A program made the translations under genes and the position numbers. 64,000 nucleotides of DNA from Bacteroidota bacterium. GTDB lineage: Bacteria > Bacteroidota > Bacteroidia > Bacteroidales > PUMT01. Shown piece by piece: positions 37,209-49,585 of this stretch (positions are counted from its first letter, which is position 1; every line of letters starts with the position of its first letter). The notes beneath the pieces are model-generated. The model was given only the letters and a program-made list of their open reading frames with translations, was not told the origin of the DNA and searched no databases. The stretch spans positions 193,099 through 257,098 of the forward strand of contig JBBIHY010000002.1 in NCBI GenBank assembly GCA_037446695.1. The letters run 5' to 3'.

Positions 37209-40200
37209 ATGGGCATCATAGATAAGATTCTCAAAACCTTTTTAGGTGATAAAGCCACCCGTGATTTACAGGAAGTACAACCACTGGTAGAAAAAATCCG
37301 TGCAGAATACGAAAAAGTAGTCCCTCTGTCCAACGATCAGTTGCGCGAACTCTCCTTTGAATTAAAGAGGAAAGTAAAATCCTCGGTCGCAGAGGAACAA
37401 AACAAGGCAGAACAGCTAAAGCAGAGAGCCGAAAGTGACGAGGTGGAATTGGGTGAAAAGGAGAATATTTACCGGGAAATTGATTCCTTGGAAAAAGAAA
37501 TTAACAACAAACTGGCCAACATCCTGGTGGAAGTTCTCCCTGTTGCTTTTTCAATAGTGAAGGAAACTGCCCGCCGTTTTAAGGAAAATGAGATTGTTGA
37601 GGCTACCGCCCTTGATTATGACAGAGATTTGGCGGCAGTTCGTCCAAGCATTGAGATTACGGGTTCAAAAACCAGGTGGAAAAACCGCTGGATGGCGGGT
37701 GGTAATGAAATCAAATGGGACATGGTGCATTACGATGTTCAGTTAATCGGGGGTATTGTTCTGCATCAGGGCAAAATAGCTGAAATGGCTACAGGGGAAG
37801 GGAAAACGCTGGTTGCAACCCTGCCCGTTTTTCTAAATGCACTCACAGGGCGGGGTGTGCACATTGTAACAGTAAATGATTACTTAGCAAGGCGCGACTC
37901 CGAGTGGATGGGACCAATTTTTGAGTTTCACGGACTATCGGTGGATTGCATTGACAAGCATCAGCCCAACTCCGAAGCCAGGCGTAAAGCCTACATGGCA
38001 GATATTACATACGGAACCAACAACGAATTTGGTTTTGATTACCTGCGCGACAACATGGCAATTAATCCCGAGGATCTCGTGCAGCGCAAGCATTACTATG
38101 CCATCGTGGACGAGGTTGACTCAGTTCTTATAGACGATGCCAGAACCCCGCTGATTATTTCAGGTCCTGTTCCACGGGGTGAAAACCAGCTTTTCGACGA
38201 ATTCAAGTCCAAAGTTGAATCGCTTGTGAATGCGCAACGGAAACTGGTAAATGATTTGCTGGTAGATGCCAGAAAATTACTCAGTGAAAATAATTCTGAG
38301 AAAGCCGGATTTAAGTTGCTGCAGGCTTTTAAAGGCCTTCCGAAAAACAAGACCCTGATTAAGCTCTTAAGCGAAGGCGGCAACAAGGCCCTGATGCTCA
38401 AAACCGAGAATTTTTACATGCAGGAAAACAACAAGAACATGCCTGTTGTTACCGATGAACTGTTTTTTGTAATAGAAGAAAAAAATAATTCCATTGAGCT
38501 AACCGACAAGGGCATCGACCACTTGTCATCAAACACTCAGGATACCAACTTCTTTGTATTGCCCGATATTGGCAGCGTTATTGCCGATATTGAAAAATCC
38601 AGCCTGGAATCGCAGGAGAAACTCATTAAGAAAGATGAACTCCTGCGCGACTATGCAATCAAATCGGAACGGGTTCACACTGTAAACCAGTTGTTAAAAG
38701 CCTACAGCCTGTTTGAAAAGGATGTGGAGTATGTTGTAATGGATAATAAGGTGAAAATCGTGGATGAGCAGACAGGCCGAATACTGGAAGGGCGGCGCTA
38801 TTCCGATGGACTACACCAGGCAATTGAGGCCAAGGAAAGAGTAAAAATTGAAGCAGCCACACAAACCTTTGCTACTATCACCCTTCAGAATTATTTCAGG
38901 ATGTATCAAAAGCTGGCCGGTATGACAGGTACAGCTGAAACCGAAGCAGGCGAATTCTGGAATATTTACAAACTGGATGTAGTGGTTATTCCAACCAATA
39001 AACCTGTGGTTAGAAATGACTATGAGGATTTAGTTTACAAAACCAAGCGGGAAAAATACAACGCAGTAATTGATGGAATTGTTACCCTGGTGGATGAAGG
39101 CAGACCAGTACTGGTGGGCACCACCTCGGTTGAGATTTCAGAATTGCTGAGCAGAATGCTCAAAATAAAAGGGCTGAAACACAATGTACTCAATGCCAAG
39201 CTGCACCAGCGCGAGGCTGATATTGTAGCGGAGGCAGGTAAAACAGGAACAGTTACAATTGCCACCAATATGGCCGGGCGGGGTACAGATATCAAGCTGA
39301 CCGCAGACACAAGAAGTTCGGGTGGTCTGGCTATCATTGGTACCGAGAGACATGAGTCGCGCCGTGTGGATCGTCAGCTTAGAGGACGATCCGGCAGACA
39401 GGGTGACCCCGGTACTTCCCAGTTTTTCGTATCCCTGGAAGATGACCTGATGCGTTTATTCGGCTCCGACAGGATTGCAAATCTCATGAGCCGACTCGGA
39501 CTCAAAGAAGGCGAAGTGATTCAGCATTCCATGATCACGAAATCCATTGAAAGAGCACAGAAAAAAGTGGAGGAAAACAACTTTGGTATCCGGAAACGCT
39601 TGCTTGAGTATGATGATGTGATGAACTCTCAGAGAGAGGTGATTTATACCAAGCGTAAAAATACGCTCAAAGGCGAGCGTATTGATGTGGAAATAGCCAA
39701 CATGATGCATGATGTCACTGAAAATCTTGTCGATAATTATCAGCCAGATGGAGATTTTGAAGGCTTCAGTATGGAATTGCTCAGGTTGTTCTCAATTGAA
39801 TCACCGGTGAATGAGCAGGAGTTCATTAAATTACCAGCAGAGGAAATTGTTGACAAATTGAATGAAGTTGTTGTATCAACCTACAAAAGAAAAGTCGAAG
39901 TAATTGCTCAGCAGGCCTATCCTGTCATCAGGGATGTGCATGAAAAGAGCGGTCATGTATATGAAAATATAGTGGTGCCGGTTTCCGACGGGCAAAGGAT
40001 TTTCCAGGTTATTACCAACCTGAAGAAATCTTACGAAACAGGGGGCAGGGATTTGATGAAGTCTTACCAGAAGACAATTATCCTTATGACCATTGATGAA
40101 CTCTGGAAAGAGCATCTCAGGGAAATGGATGATTTGAAACAATCGGTTCAGACAGCCACCTACGAACAAAAAGATCCTCTTCTTATATACAAGTTTGAGT

Positions 40201-40502
40201 CGTTTGAGCTTTTCAAAACAATGATTGGAAAGGTAAACCGCGATGTGATTTCTACCTTAATGAAAGGTCACATACCCCTGCGTGATGCCGCCCAGGTAAG
40301 GGAAGCCGAGCAAAGACGCAGACTTGATATGAGTCGGTACGAAACCAGCCGCAGGAATGAACTTACGGGTAACCAACAGGGTGGACAGGAAAAAGCACAA
40401 CCTGTGAGAGTGGAGAAAAAAGTTGGCCGAAATGAACCCTGCCCTTGTGGTAGCGGTAAGAAATACAAACAATGCCATGGCAAGGTGGGCGTGCAGGCCT
40501 GA
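37209..40502 (+). CDS. secA: preprotein translocase ATPase SecA
   Basis: [14 protein letters not shown] Walker [32 protein letters not shown] and the C-terminal zinc finger [14 protein letters not shown]. 1097 aa. Confidence 0.97.
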   Translation: MGIIDKILKTFLGDKATRDLQEVQPLVEKIRAEYEKVVPLSNDQLRELSFELKRKVKSSVAEEQNKAEQLKQRAESDEVELGEKENIYREIDSLEKEINNKLANILVEVLPVAFSIVKETARRFKENEIVEATALDYDRDLAAVRPSIEITGSKTRWKNRWMAGGNEIKWDMVHYDVQLIGGIVLHQGKIAEMATGEGKTLVATLPVFLNALTGRGVHIVTVNDYLARRDSEWMGPIFEFHGLSVDCIDKHQPNSEARRKAYMADITYGTNNEFGFDYLRDNMAINPEDLVQRKHYYAIVDEVDSVLIDDARTPLIISGPVPRGENQLFDEFKSKVESLVNAQRKLVNDLLVDARKLLSENNSEKAGFKLLQAFKGLPKNKTLIKLLSEGGNKALMLKTENFYMQENNKNMPVVTDELFFVIEEKNNSIELTDKGIDHLSSNTQDTNFFVLPDIGSVIADIEKSSLESQEKLIKKDELLRDYAIKSERVHTVNQLLKAYSLFEKDVEYVVMDNKVKIVDEQTGRILEGRRYSDGLHQAIEAKERVKIEAATQTFATITLQNYFRMYQKLAGMTGTAETEAGEFWNIYKLDVVVIPTNKPVVRNDYEDLVYKTKREKYNAVIDGIVTLVDEGRPVLVGTTSVEISELLSRMLKIKGLKHNVLNAKLHQREADIVAEAGKTGTVTIATNMAGRGTDIKLTADTRSSGGLAIIGTERHESRRVDRQLRGRSGRQGDPGTSQFFVSLEDDLMRLFGSDRIANLMSRLGLKEGEVIQHSMITKSIERAQKKVEENNFGIRKRLLEYDDVMNSQREVIYTKRKNTLKGERIDVEIANMMHDVTENLVDNYQPDGDFEGFSMELLRLFSIESPVNEQEFIKLPAEEIVDKLNEVVVSTYKRKVEVIAQQAYPVIRDVHEKSGHVYENIVVPVSDGQRIFQVITNLKKSYETGGRDLMKSYQKTIILMTIDELWKEHLREMDDLKQSVQTATYEQKDPLLIYKFESFELFKTMIGKVNRDVISTLMKGHIPLRDAAQVREAEQRRRLDMSRYETSRRNELTGNQQGGQEKAQPVRVEKKVGRNEPCPCGSGKKYKQCHGKVGVQA

Positions 40503-40528
40503 CTGAAAAAATAATTGATAGTTAAGGG

Positions 40529-41437
40529 CTAACCGGCAGGGTGAGCCTTTTTAATTTTCTCTATCAATTCACCCAACTTCTGGTGGGTTTTGGCTGATAC
40601 GGGGACAAGAGGCAGTCTGAGCTGGTTTTCAATGAGATCCATACAGTGCAATGCGGCTTTTATGCCGGCAGGATTTCCCTCCACAAAAAGTGTGTCCATA
40701 AATTCCAGCAGATCATTCTGGATTCTCTGTGCTTTGGAAATTTTCTTGTCCAGTGCCTTTCTCACCAGTTCGGAGAACTCGTAGGGAAAGGCGTTGGAGG
40801 TAACCGAAATAACACCTGCCCCTCCAAGGGCAATCATTGGCAGGGTAAGCTGGTCGTCACCCGAGAGGACTGCAAAATCTTTTGGTTTGTCTTTCAGGAT
40901 GTAATTGATTTGGTTCAGGTTCCCCGAGGCTTCCTTTACGGCAACAATATTGCTGAAATCGTGTGCCAGGCGAAGCGTGGTCTGCGGCAGCATATTCACA
41001 CCGGTTCTTCCCGGTACATTATAAAGGATTATCGGTAAAGGGCATACCCCGGCAATTTCCCTGAAATGCTGGTATAGTCCTTCCTGTGAAGGTTTGTTGT
41101 AATAAGGTGTGACTGAAAGAATTCCATCCACCGGCAGGTTTTCATCACAGATTTTTTTGAAGGCTTTTTCAACCTGCGCTGTGTTATTTCCACCAACTCC
41201 CATAACGACAGGAATTCTACCCTCCACTTCCTCCAGGACAAAGTTTACAACTGCCCATTTTTCATCTTCATTCAGGGTAACTGATTCACCTGTAGTACCA
41301 AGTGCCACAATAAACTCCACCTGACCAGCCAACTGATGCTGAATAACTTTCCTGAAAGAATTAAAGTCAATGCTCCCGTCCTTTTTAAACGGTGTTACAA
41401 TGGCAGTTCCTGTGCCTTCAAACTTTGGCTGTTTCAT
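40529..41437 (-). CDS. dapA: 4-hydroxy-tetrahydrodipicolinate synthase
   Basis: GTGTAIVTPF, GTTGES, YNKP, ILYNVPGRT and the active-site Lys region VAVKEASG. Confidence 0.95.
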   Translation of the reverse strand: MKQPKFEGTGTAIVTPFKKDGSIDFNSFRKVIQHQLAGQVEFIVALGTTGESVTLNEDEKWAVVNFVLEEVEGRIPVVMGVGGNNTAQVEKAFKKICDENLPVDGILSVTPYYNKPSQEGLYQHFREIAGVCPLPIILYNVPGRTGVNMLPQTTLRLAHDFSNIVAVKEASGNLNQINYILKDKPKDFAVLSGDDQLTLPMIALGGAGVISVTSNAFPYEFSELVRKALDKKISKAQRIQNDLLEFMDTLFVEGNPAGIKAALHCMDLIENQLRLPLVPVSAKTHQKLGELIEKIKKAHPAG

Positions 41438-41978
41438 GTTTCAGAGGTTTATTGATGAGTCTCAAGTAATGTTCCAACTGGCCAAGAAGAAATGCAAGGG
41501 TATTGTTTCCTGAAGTTTCAACTGTGAGATCAAATTCAGGGCCTACTTTAAATTGTTTACCTGCCTTAAAGTCTGCATTTGTCAAAACAGAAAGGTAATC
41601 AACCGGAAAACTTCTTTCCAGGGATAAATCAATCAGGATATCAAACTTTTCTTTCAAAAAACTGTCAACAAAAGATCCAACTGGTTTGTAATACCAGTTC
41701 AGGTGCTCCAGGCCAAAAAAATGGTACCCCTTTCGAAGCAGGAAAAAGTTGGGGATCTTCTTCTCAGGAATAAAACCGGCCACAGTGACTTCAACACCCA
41801 ATTCCTGTAAAGAAAAAACAAATTTCTTGATCATCTCAAATTCCGATTGAAGCGGATTATTCAGAAGGATTGCAGCTTTCCTGGCAGAATAAAGATGCAC
41901 TGACTGCACTTTCCTTTCCATGGATGAAGCTTTTCTTTTCAAAAGGTAATAACCAATTTTCAGTTTGATATCGTTCAC
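41418..41978 (-). CDS. hypothetical protein, 186 aa (conserved-looking, no motif recognised)
   Basis: The ORF overlaps the dapA start by 20 nt. The track start is a GTG, and an in-frame ATG exists 19 codons in. I do not recognise a family. Confidence 0.5.
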   Translation of the reverse strand: MNDIKLKIGYYLLKRKASSMERKVQSVHLYSARKAAILLNNPLQSEFEMIKKFVFSLQELGVEVTVAGFIPEKKIPNFFLLRKGYHFFGLEHLNWYYKPVGSFVDSFLKEKFDILIDLSLERSFPVDYLSVLTNADFKAGKQFKVGPEFDLTVETSGNNTLAFLLGQLEHYLRLINKPLKHETAKV

Positions 41979-42060
41979 AGTTTCAAAAATTTTCTATGCC
42001 TGTTTTGCCCATGCAATATTACAAAAAAACAATCCTGCTGCCTTCATTTTTAGTCAACAA

Positions 42061-44106
<2,046 letters not shown>

Positions 44107-44177
44107 TTAGGTCAGCCTGTTGTTGAAAACTTCTATTTAATTTCAGGCAGCCATAATAGCCGATAAAGCATTTTTAA

Positions 44178-44185
44178 TAAATTTG
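44178..44185 (+). promoter_or_regulatory. -7 promoter box (TAnnTTTG) of the B12 operon
   Basis: TAAATTTG ends about 4-8 nt before the first riboswitch nucleotides. This places the predicted TSS at the aptamer 5' end. Confidence 0.5.
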
Positions 44186-44188
44186 CAA

Positions 44189-44375
44189 CAAGGTTTGGTT
44201 CCTGAAAAGTTATCAGCTTTCAGGATTAAAAGGGAATGCCGTGCAAGTCGGCAACAGTACCCGCTGCTGTAATCTCCCTCTGTCTTTCAGGCAATCTGGC
44301 CACTGTCCCGTCACAAGTTACGGGATGGGAAGGCGACCTGGAAAGGAGTAAGTCAGAAGACCTGCCAGTACCTTT
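44189..44375 (+). promoter_or_regulatory. cobalamin (B12) riboswitch aptamer
   Basis: The conserved blocks occur in the canonical order. P2 hairpin CCTGAAA...TTTCAGG (44201-44224). AAAAGGGAA (44228-36). ACCCGCTGCTGTAA (44259-72). GCCACTG (44299-44305). GGGAAGGC (44327-34). B12 box AGTCAGAAGACCTGCC (44351-66). Confidence 0.92.
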
Positions 44376-44408
44376 TGGAGTTCGGGAATAAACTTAATTC
44401 AAACTGTT

Positions 44409-46364
44409 TTGAATCTTAAATCTGTTATCTGGCTTTTTCTTTTTATAAGCAATTTTGCTCTCTCCTCTGCTCATTCGCCTGACTCATTATGGCATATCAG
44501 CATTCAGGAAATTACCATTGAGCATACGCGCGAACATTTTTTTCGTGAAGACAAAAAGGTTTACCGGCCCGACAGCCTGCAACTGAATCTCTACAGAAAT
44601 TCCAGTGTGGGAGAATTACTTGGCAGTATCTCCCCTGTTTATGTTAACACTTATGGGAGTTCGGGTGCTGTTTCAGGATTAATCCTCAGGGGTGCGGGTA
44701 CCAGTCAGTCACTTGTTTTGTGGAATGGTTTTCCGGTGAATTCCATTTCACTTGGTTCAGCCGACCTTTCAATTTTGCCTGTTTGCAGTTTTAACAATAT
44801 CTCCCTCACCTACAGTGCTGCAGGTTCAATTTACAGTTCGGGGACTTTTGGTGGCTCACTGGATTTGCAATACAGGCCCATATGGAAAAAAGGTATTCGA
44901 CTCACCCTTGCCCCGGAAGCAGGTAGTTACGGTGACAGAAGGATTTCCTTTTCGGCTTCAGGTGGAACCCAAAACTTACAATTCCAGAGTACTTTTTTGA
45001 GGCAACAGGGAATTTATGATTTTGTTTTTACAGACACCTACAAATACGGAAGTCCCAGGGAGTCTATGAAAAACAATGCACTCTCCAATACTCTTTTTAT
45101 TCAGAATGTTTTCCTGAAACTTCGTGGAAATAATCAACTGGAGGCAGGTGTCTGGTATCAGAATAAACTCAAGGAAATACCAGCCATCATGGGAGCCTAT
45201 AGTCCGGGCACTGCTCATCAGCGCGACAGTGTTTTCAGGGTGTATGGCAAATGGAAAAAGTTGTTTAAACATTCCTCACTTCAAATCAGCTCAGCTTGGT
45301 TTACCGATCAAATGCTCTACCGCGACAATTATTCCGATGCAGAGACCCGCTACCTCATTGACTCGAAAATACGCAACAGCAGAACAGTATCCGACGGTTT
45401 TTACAGGATGTACCTGGGCAGGCATATTAGTCTCGACGGTGGAGCGGGAATATCTGTCCTTTCAGCGCATGTAAGCAATTATGGAGCAAACATGACTGAA
45501 CTAACCCCTTCCCTGTTTGCAGGAATGAAGTTTAGAAATGATTTTCTGGTGGCCAATCTTTCTGCAAGGAAAGAGTTCCATACTCAACAAAAAGTTAATC
45601 CCCTTCTTTCAGCCGGTTTCCGAAGCACTGTTCTTATAGACAGGCTGTCAGTAAGGGGTAATTATTCCGACCAGTTTCGTGTACCTACCTTTAATGACAA
45701 ATACTGGCAGCCGGGAGGAAACCCGGAACTGATTGCCGAAAAGGGATGGACTGCCGATGGCGGTTTTGAATACATCCACAGAGTAAACTCCACTTCTCTG
45801 TTGGTCCTGGATCTTAATGCATTTTACAGTGGCATACACAATCTTATACAATGGCTTCCGCAGGAAAACGGAGCTATCTGGACGCCCGTAAATACAAAGT
45901 ATGTGATTTCACGCGGACTGGAAGCGGGATTGAACTACAAATTTGTTTCCCCGGTAATTAATTATAACATGCATGCCGGATACACTTTCAATAAGAGCCA
46001 GATAAAGGCAACCCGCGAAAACCAAATCAATTTAACAGGGAATGAATTGATTTACCGTCCGAATCATTTGATTCACCTTTTTTCAAATGCCGAAATAAAA
46101 AATTTTTCGCTCGCCCTGAATATGAATTTTATTGGGAAACGTTACACCACCGAAGACAACAATCCGGTATATGCCATGCCTTCTCATTTACTGGTAAATC
46201 TTTACACCGGATACACTATTAAAGTCAGAGAGCTGTCAGGTACAATACAGTTCAGGGTCAACAACCTGCTGGATAGTCAATACCAGCTAATCAGGTCCTA
46301 TGCCATGCCCGGGAGAACCTACAAAATCGGAATAATTTTTCATTTTCTAACCCATAAAAATTAA
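44409..46364 (+). CDS. btuB: TonB-dependent outer membrane receptor, BtuB-like (riboswitch-controlled)
   Basis: Signal peptide, TonB-box-like IQEITIE, plug-domain motifs (GSSGAVSGLILRGAG, VLWNGFPVN) and a C-terminal beta-barrel with an aromatic near the end. It lies directly downstream of the B12 riboswitch. TTG is the only in-frame start that keeps the signal peptide. Confidence 0.85.
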   Translation: MNLKSVIWLFLFISNFALSSAHSPDSLWHISIQEITIEHTREHFFREDKKVYRPDSLQLNLYRNSSVGELLGSISPVYVNTYGSSGAVSGLILRGAGTSQSLVLWNGFPVNSISLGSADLSILPVCSFNNISLTYSAAGSIYSSGTFGGSLDLQYRPIWKKGIRLTLAPEAGSYGDRRISFSASGGTQNLQFQSTFLRQQGIYDFVFTDTYKYGSPRESMKNNALSNTLFIQNVFLKLRGNNQLEAGVWYQNKLKEIPAIMGAYSPGTAHQRDSVFRVYGKWKKLFKHSSLQISSAWFTDQMLYRDNYSDAETRYLIDSKIRNSRTVSDGFYRMYLGRHISLDGGAGISVLSAHVSNYGANMTELTPSLFAGMKFRNDFLVANLSARKEFHTQQKVNPLLSAGFRSTVLIDRLSVRGNYSDQFRVPTFNDKYWQPGGNPELIAEKGWTADGGFEYIHRVNSTSLLVLDLNAFYSGIHNLIQWLPQENGAIWTPVNTKYVISRGLEAGLNYKFVSPVINYNMHAGYTFNKSQIKATRENQINLTGNELIYRPNHLIHLFSNAEIKNFSLALNMNFIGKRYTTEDNNPVYAMPSHLLVNLYTGYTIKVRELSGTIQFRVNNLLDSQYQLIRSYAMPGRTYKIGIIFHFLTHKN

Positions 46365-46368
46365 TGTT

Positions 46369-47427
46369 ATGTTTAAATCTGTCAGTATTTTCGCACTTGT
46401 ATTACTTTCAATTCTGCTTGTTTCCTGTGAGAAAGAGAATTCAGTAAGTAAGAATTTCCTGAACGGGGCTTTTATTGTAAATGAGGGTGCCTTTGGCTCA
46501 AATAACGGCTCCATAAGCTGGTACAATTATGAAAATAAAAGCATTGTCAACAGCATTTTTGAGGCAGCCAATAACCGTCCGCTTGGCGATGTGGTTCAAT
46601 CCATGGGAATAGCCGGCGGTTATGGGTTTATTATAGTTAATAATTCGCAAAAAGCTGAAGTTGTAAGGCTGAAGGATTTTTCAACCAAAACCGTGATATC
46701 TGACCTTTCCTATCCGCGCTATTTCACAGCAAATGAATCGCATGCCTTTATCAGCAACGGAAGTTTTGAGGGAACTGTGATAGTCGTGGACCTTGTCAGT
46801 CTTGAAAAAGTGGCGGAAATTCCTGTAGGAAACGGACCAGAGCAAATGGCAATTGTGGGCAATCGGTTATATGTTGCCAACAGCGGTGGCTGGGGTTTTG
46901 ACAACCGGGTTAGTGTGATTGACCTGTCTACACGGCAGGTGGTTCAGCATATTGAGGTTGGAGATGTACCATTCTACCTGCAAAAGGATCACCTGAACAA
47001 TCTGTGGGTAATGTGCAGGGGAAAAGTGGTTTACGATTTTGTTACCTGGGAGATCATTGAAGAAACTGACTCAAAGCTTGTAAAAATCAACACCACAAAT
47101 AATACCGTAACTTCAACAACTGTGGTTGGAAATACCGGGGATTTCACCTGGCCTTCCTTCCTTGTCTCTTCCGGCGACAAAACTACCCTGTTTTTCAATG
47201 ATGCCGGAGGTGTTTACAGTGTGAATGCATCTGCAGGAACTATCTCATCGGCTCCTGTGCTTGCAGGAAATTTTTCGGGCATGGGCATACATCCTGTAAG
47301 CGGTGAATTCTTTGCCCTTAAAACTCCCGGCTACACTTCTTCAGGAACACTGGAAATATACAATACTTCAGGTCAAATCACAAGAGAATTTTCCGTTGGA
47401 ATAGGTCCGAATATGGTTGTATTCTGA
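46369..47427 (+). CDS. beta-propeller surface lipoprotein (YncE/DUF5074-like)
   Basis: Lipobox LLVSC followed by the acidic CEKEN. Repeated blade-like units are present (LYVANSGG...VSVIDLSTRQVV; FIIVNNSQKAEVVRL; GTLEIYNTSGQI). It starts 4 nt after the receptor gene. Confidence 0.65.
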   Translation: MFKSVSIFALVLLSILLVSCEKENSVSKNFLNGAFIVNEGAFGSNNGSISWYNYENKSIVNSIFEAANNRPLGDVVQSMGIAGGYGFIIVNNSQKAEVVRLKDFSTKTVISDLSYPRYFTANESHAFISNGSFEGTVIVVDLVSLEKVAEIPVGNGPEQMAIVGNRLYVANSGGWGFDNRVSVIDLSTRQVVQHIEVGDVPFYLQKDHLNNLWVMCRGKVVYDFVTWEIIEETDSKLVKINTTNNTVTSTTVVGNTGDFTWPSFLVSSGDKTTLFFNDAGGVYSVNASAGTISSAPVLAGNFSGMGIHPVSGEFFALKTPGYTSSGTLEIYNTSGQITREFSVGIGPNMVVF

Positions 47428-47484
47428 AATTGAACCAAACAAAATCCATGGGTTTTTCGTAATATTGAATAAAGATATTTTGAT

Positions 47485-49575
47485 ATGAATAGGATAAGAT
47501 CCAACCGGATTATTGTCGCAGTTTTTATACTGCTGCAGAGTTTTGCGGTAAAGGGGCAGATAAGTTTCGGAGGCAAACCTGTGGACTACTCTGCCTATCC
47601 CCTGGAAGAAACCCGGTTCACCCAAATGCCCGAAACGGATATGTCTGTAAAAGCAAAATCGGCCCGGGAATCTTCTGTAAGGCTAAAAATACTTGAATTT
47701 GCTCATGCTTTTCCGGTTCAGTTCAATCCATACAACTCGGGAGAATGGCGGATGCTTCCCGATGGCAGGAAAGTCTGGAGACTGGGTGTTTACTCAAAAG
47801 ATGCTTATTCCCTGAACCTTCTATTTGATAAATTTCTGCTTAACCCGGGTGCAAGTATGTTCATTTATACCCCTGACAGGAAAAAAATTATCGGCTCATT
47901 CAACCACAATAACAATCATGAGCAAGGCCTGGCTTTTGAACCACTCCCGGGCGAAGCGGTAATCATTGAGCTGATTGTACCGGAAATCATGGAAGATTTT
48001 GGTGAGATCGGTATTGCATCAGTCAACCATGACTACCTTGGAGTTTTTGGAGAGAAAACATCCATGAATGGGAACTCAGGTCGCTGCAATGTGGATATAA
48101 ACTGCCCCGAAGGAAACAACCACCAGATGGATAAGAACTCAATTGTGAAACTCCTTATCGAGGGAAGCTTTTTATGTACCGGTGCCCTTATTAACAATAC
48201 CAGTCAGGATGGCAAACCATACGTACTTACCGCGCATCATTGCATTGAAAACCATACTATGGCTGCTAAAACAGTATTTCTTTTTGGATACGAAGCAACA
48301 ACATGCAACGGAACTGGTTCCTCCACCAAAAGCATCAGCAATTCAACCCTTAGGGCTACCAAAAAAAGCCTTGATATGACACTAGTTGAACTGAGCAGTA
48401 TCCCCGATATCAGTTACAGGCCCTATTACCTGGGCTGGAACAGGGTAAACAGCCCTGCCACAAGCACAGTTGGCATCCATCATCCCAACGGTGACTGGAA
48501 AAAAATATGTAAAGCAACCGAATCTCCTGTTTCTGTAACTGTACAGGATTATTCTTCTCAGGCTCATTGGTGGATCAGGCGATGGGATATTGGTACGACC
48601 GAGGGTGGGTCCTCTGGTTCACCGCTTTTGGATTCAAATAGCAGGATTGTTGGGCTTTTAACCGGAGGATTTGCCCAATGTGGCGATCCTGTGGATGATT
48701 ACTACGCGAAATTTTCATCAGCATGGGATCTTTTTACACCCGCCAGTGAGCAGCTAAAAGCCTGGCTGGATCCCGGTAATACGGGTGTTACAACCCTGAA
48801 TGGGTTTAATCCCTACCAGAACCAGGTCCTGGCAGCCGATTTTGAAATCCACACCACCAATGTTTGCCAGGGGGAAGCATTTGTCTTTACTGATTTTTCC
48901 AGGGGAAATGTAACAAGTTACAGCTGGAACTTTGGTGCCGGTGCAAGCCCTGCAAATGCAACAGGGAAAGGCCCGCACCTGGTTCAGTATTCAAATATAG
49001 GAACAAAAACCATCACCCTTGAAGTGGGCGATGGAAAGAGCACAAAAAGCCTTCAAAGGAATTTTACTTTAGATATAAAAACAACCAACCTGCCGGTTGC
49101 CGATTTTACTGAAGAAATCAACCTCCGGCAGGTTACTTTCAAAAATAATTCGCAGAATTCATTGAGCAATTACTGGGATTTTGGTGATGGAACAACCAGT
49201 ATATTAACCAATCCTGTTAAGAACTACAATTCAAACGGAGATTTCCCGGTTACGCTCTGGGTCCGAAATGGTCCCTGCTCCGATATTTTAACACGTACAA
49301 TACTGAAAGTTTCCGTTCCCCTTCAGGAAAGCGAAAAAAAGGAGTTCAGAATTTATCCCAATCCCTCTTCAGGTGACTTCACAATAGAAAATGATTTACC
49401 GGTAAATGAGGGCTACATCGAAATCTTTTCTGTCAATGGTTCACTTGTACATTCGGAGAAAATCACCCATACTGCCCAGAGAATCAGCCTGAATCATGTA
49501 CCTGCAGGTGTTTACCTGGTAAGAATGAGATCCGGTAAAGGCATAAAAACCGGCAAAATAATTATCACACCTTAA
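47485..49575 (+). CDS. secreted S1-family (trypsin/lysyl-endopeptidase-like) serine protease with two PKD domains and a T9SS C-terminal sorting domain
   Basis: Signal peptide. Catalytic His in VLTAHHC, Asp in DMTLVEL and Ser in GGSSGSPLL. PKD signatures WNFGAGASP and WDFGDGTTS. The C-terminus is FRIYPNPSSGDFTIE...GVYLVRMRSGKGIKTGKIIITP (type A T9SS CTD). Confidence 0.8.
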   Translation: MNRIRSNRIIVAVFILLQSFAVKGQISFGGKPVDYSAYPLEETRFTQMPETDMSVKAKSARESSVRLKILEFAHAFPVQFNPYNSGEWRMLPDGRKVWRLGVYSKDAYSLNLLFDKFLLNPGASMFIYTPDRKKIIGSFNHNNNHEQGLAFEPLPGEAVIIELIVPEIMEDFGEIGIASVNHDYLGVFGEKTSMNGNSGRCNVDINCPEGNNHQMDKNSIVKLLIEGSFLCTGALINNTSQDGKPYVLTAHHCIENHTMAAKTVFLFGYEATTCNGTGSSTKSISNSTLRATKKSLDMTLVELSSIPDISYRPYYLGWNRVNSPATSTVGIHHPNGDWKKICKATESPVSVTVQDYSSQAHWWIRRWDIGTTEGGSSGSPLLDSNSRIVGLLTGGFAQCGDPVDDYYAKFSSAWDLFTPASEQLKAWLDPGNTGVTTLNGFNPYQNQVLAADFEIHTTNVCQGEAFVFTDFSRGNVTSYSWNFGAGASPANATGKGPHLVQYSNIGTKTITLEVGDGKSTKSLQRNFTLDIKTTNLPVADFTEEINLRQVTFKNNSQNSLSNYWDFGDGTTSILTNPVKNYNSNGDFPVTLWVRNGPCSDILTRTILKVSVPLQESEKKEFRIYPNPSSGDFTIENDLPVNEGYIEIFSVNGSLVHSEKITHTAQRISLNHVPAGVYLVRMRSGKGIKTGKIIITP

Positions 49576-49585
49576 TAAGCAGTAA

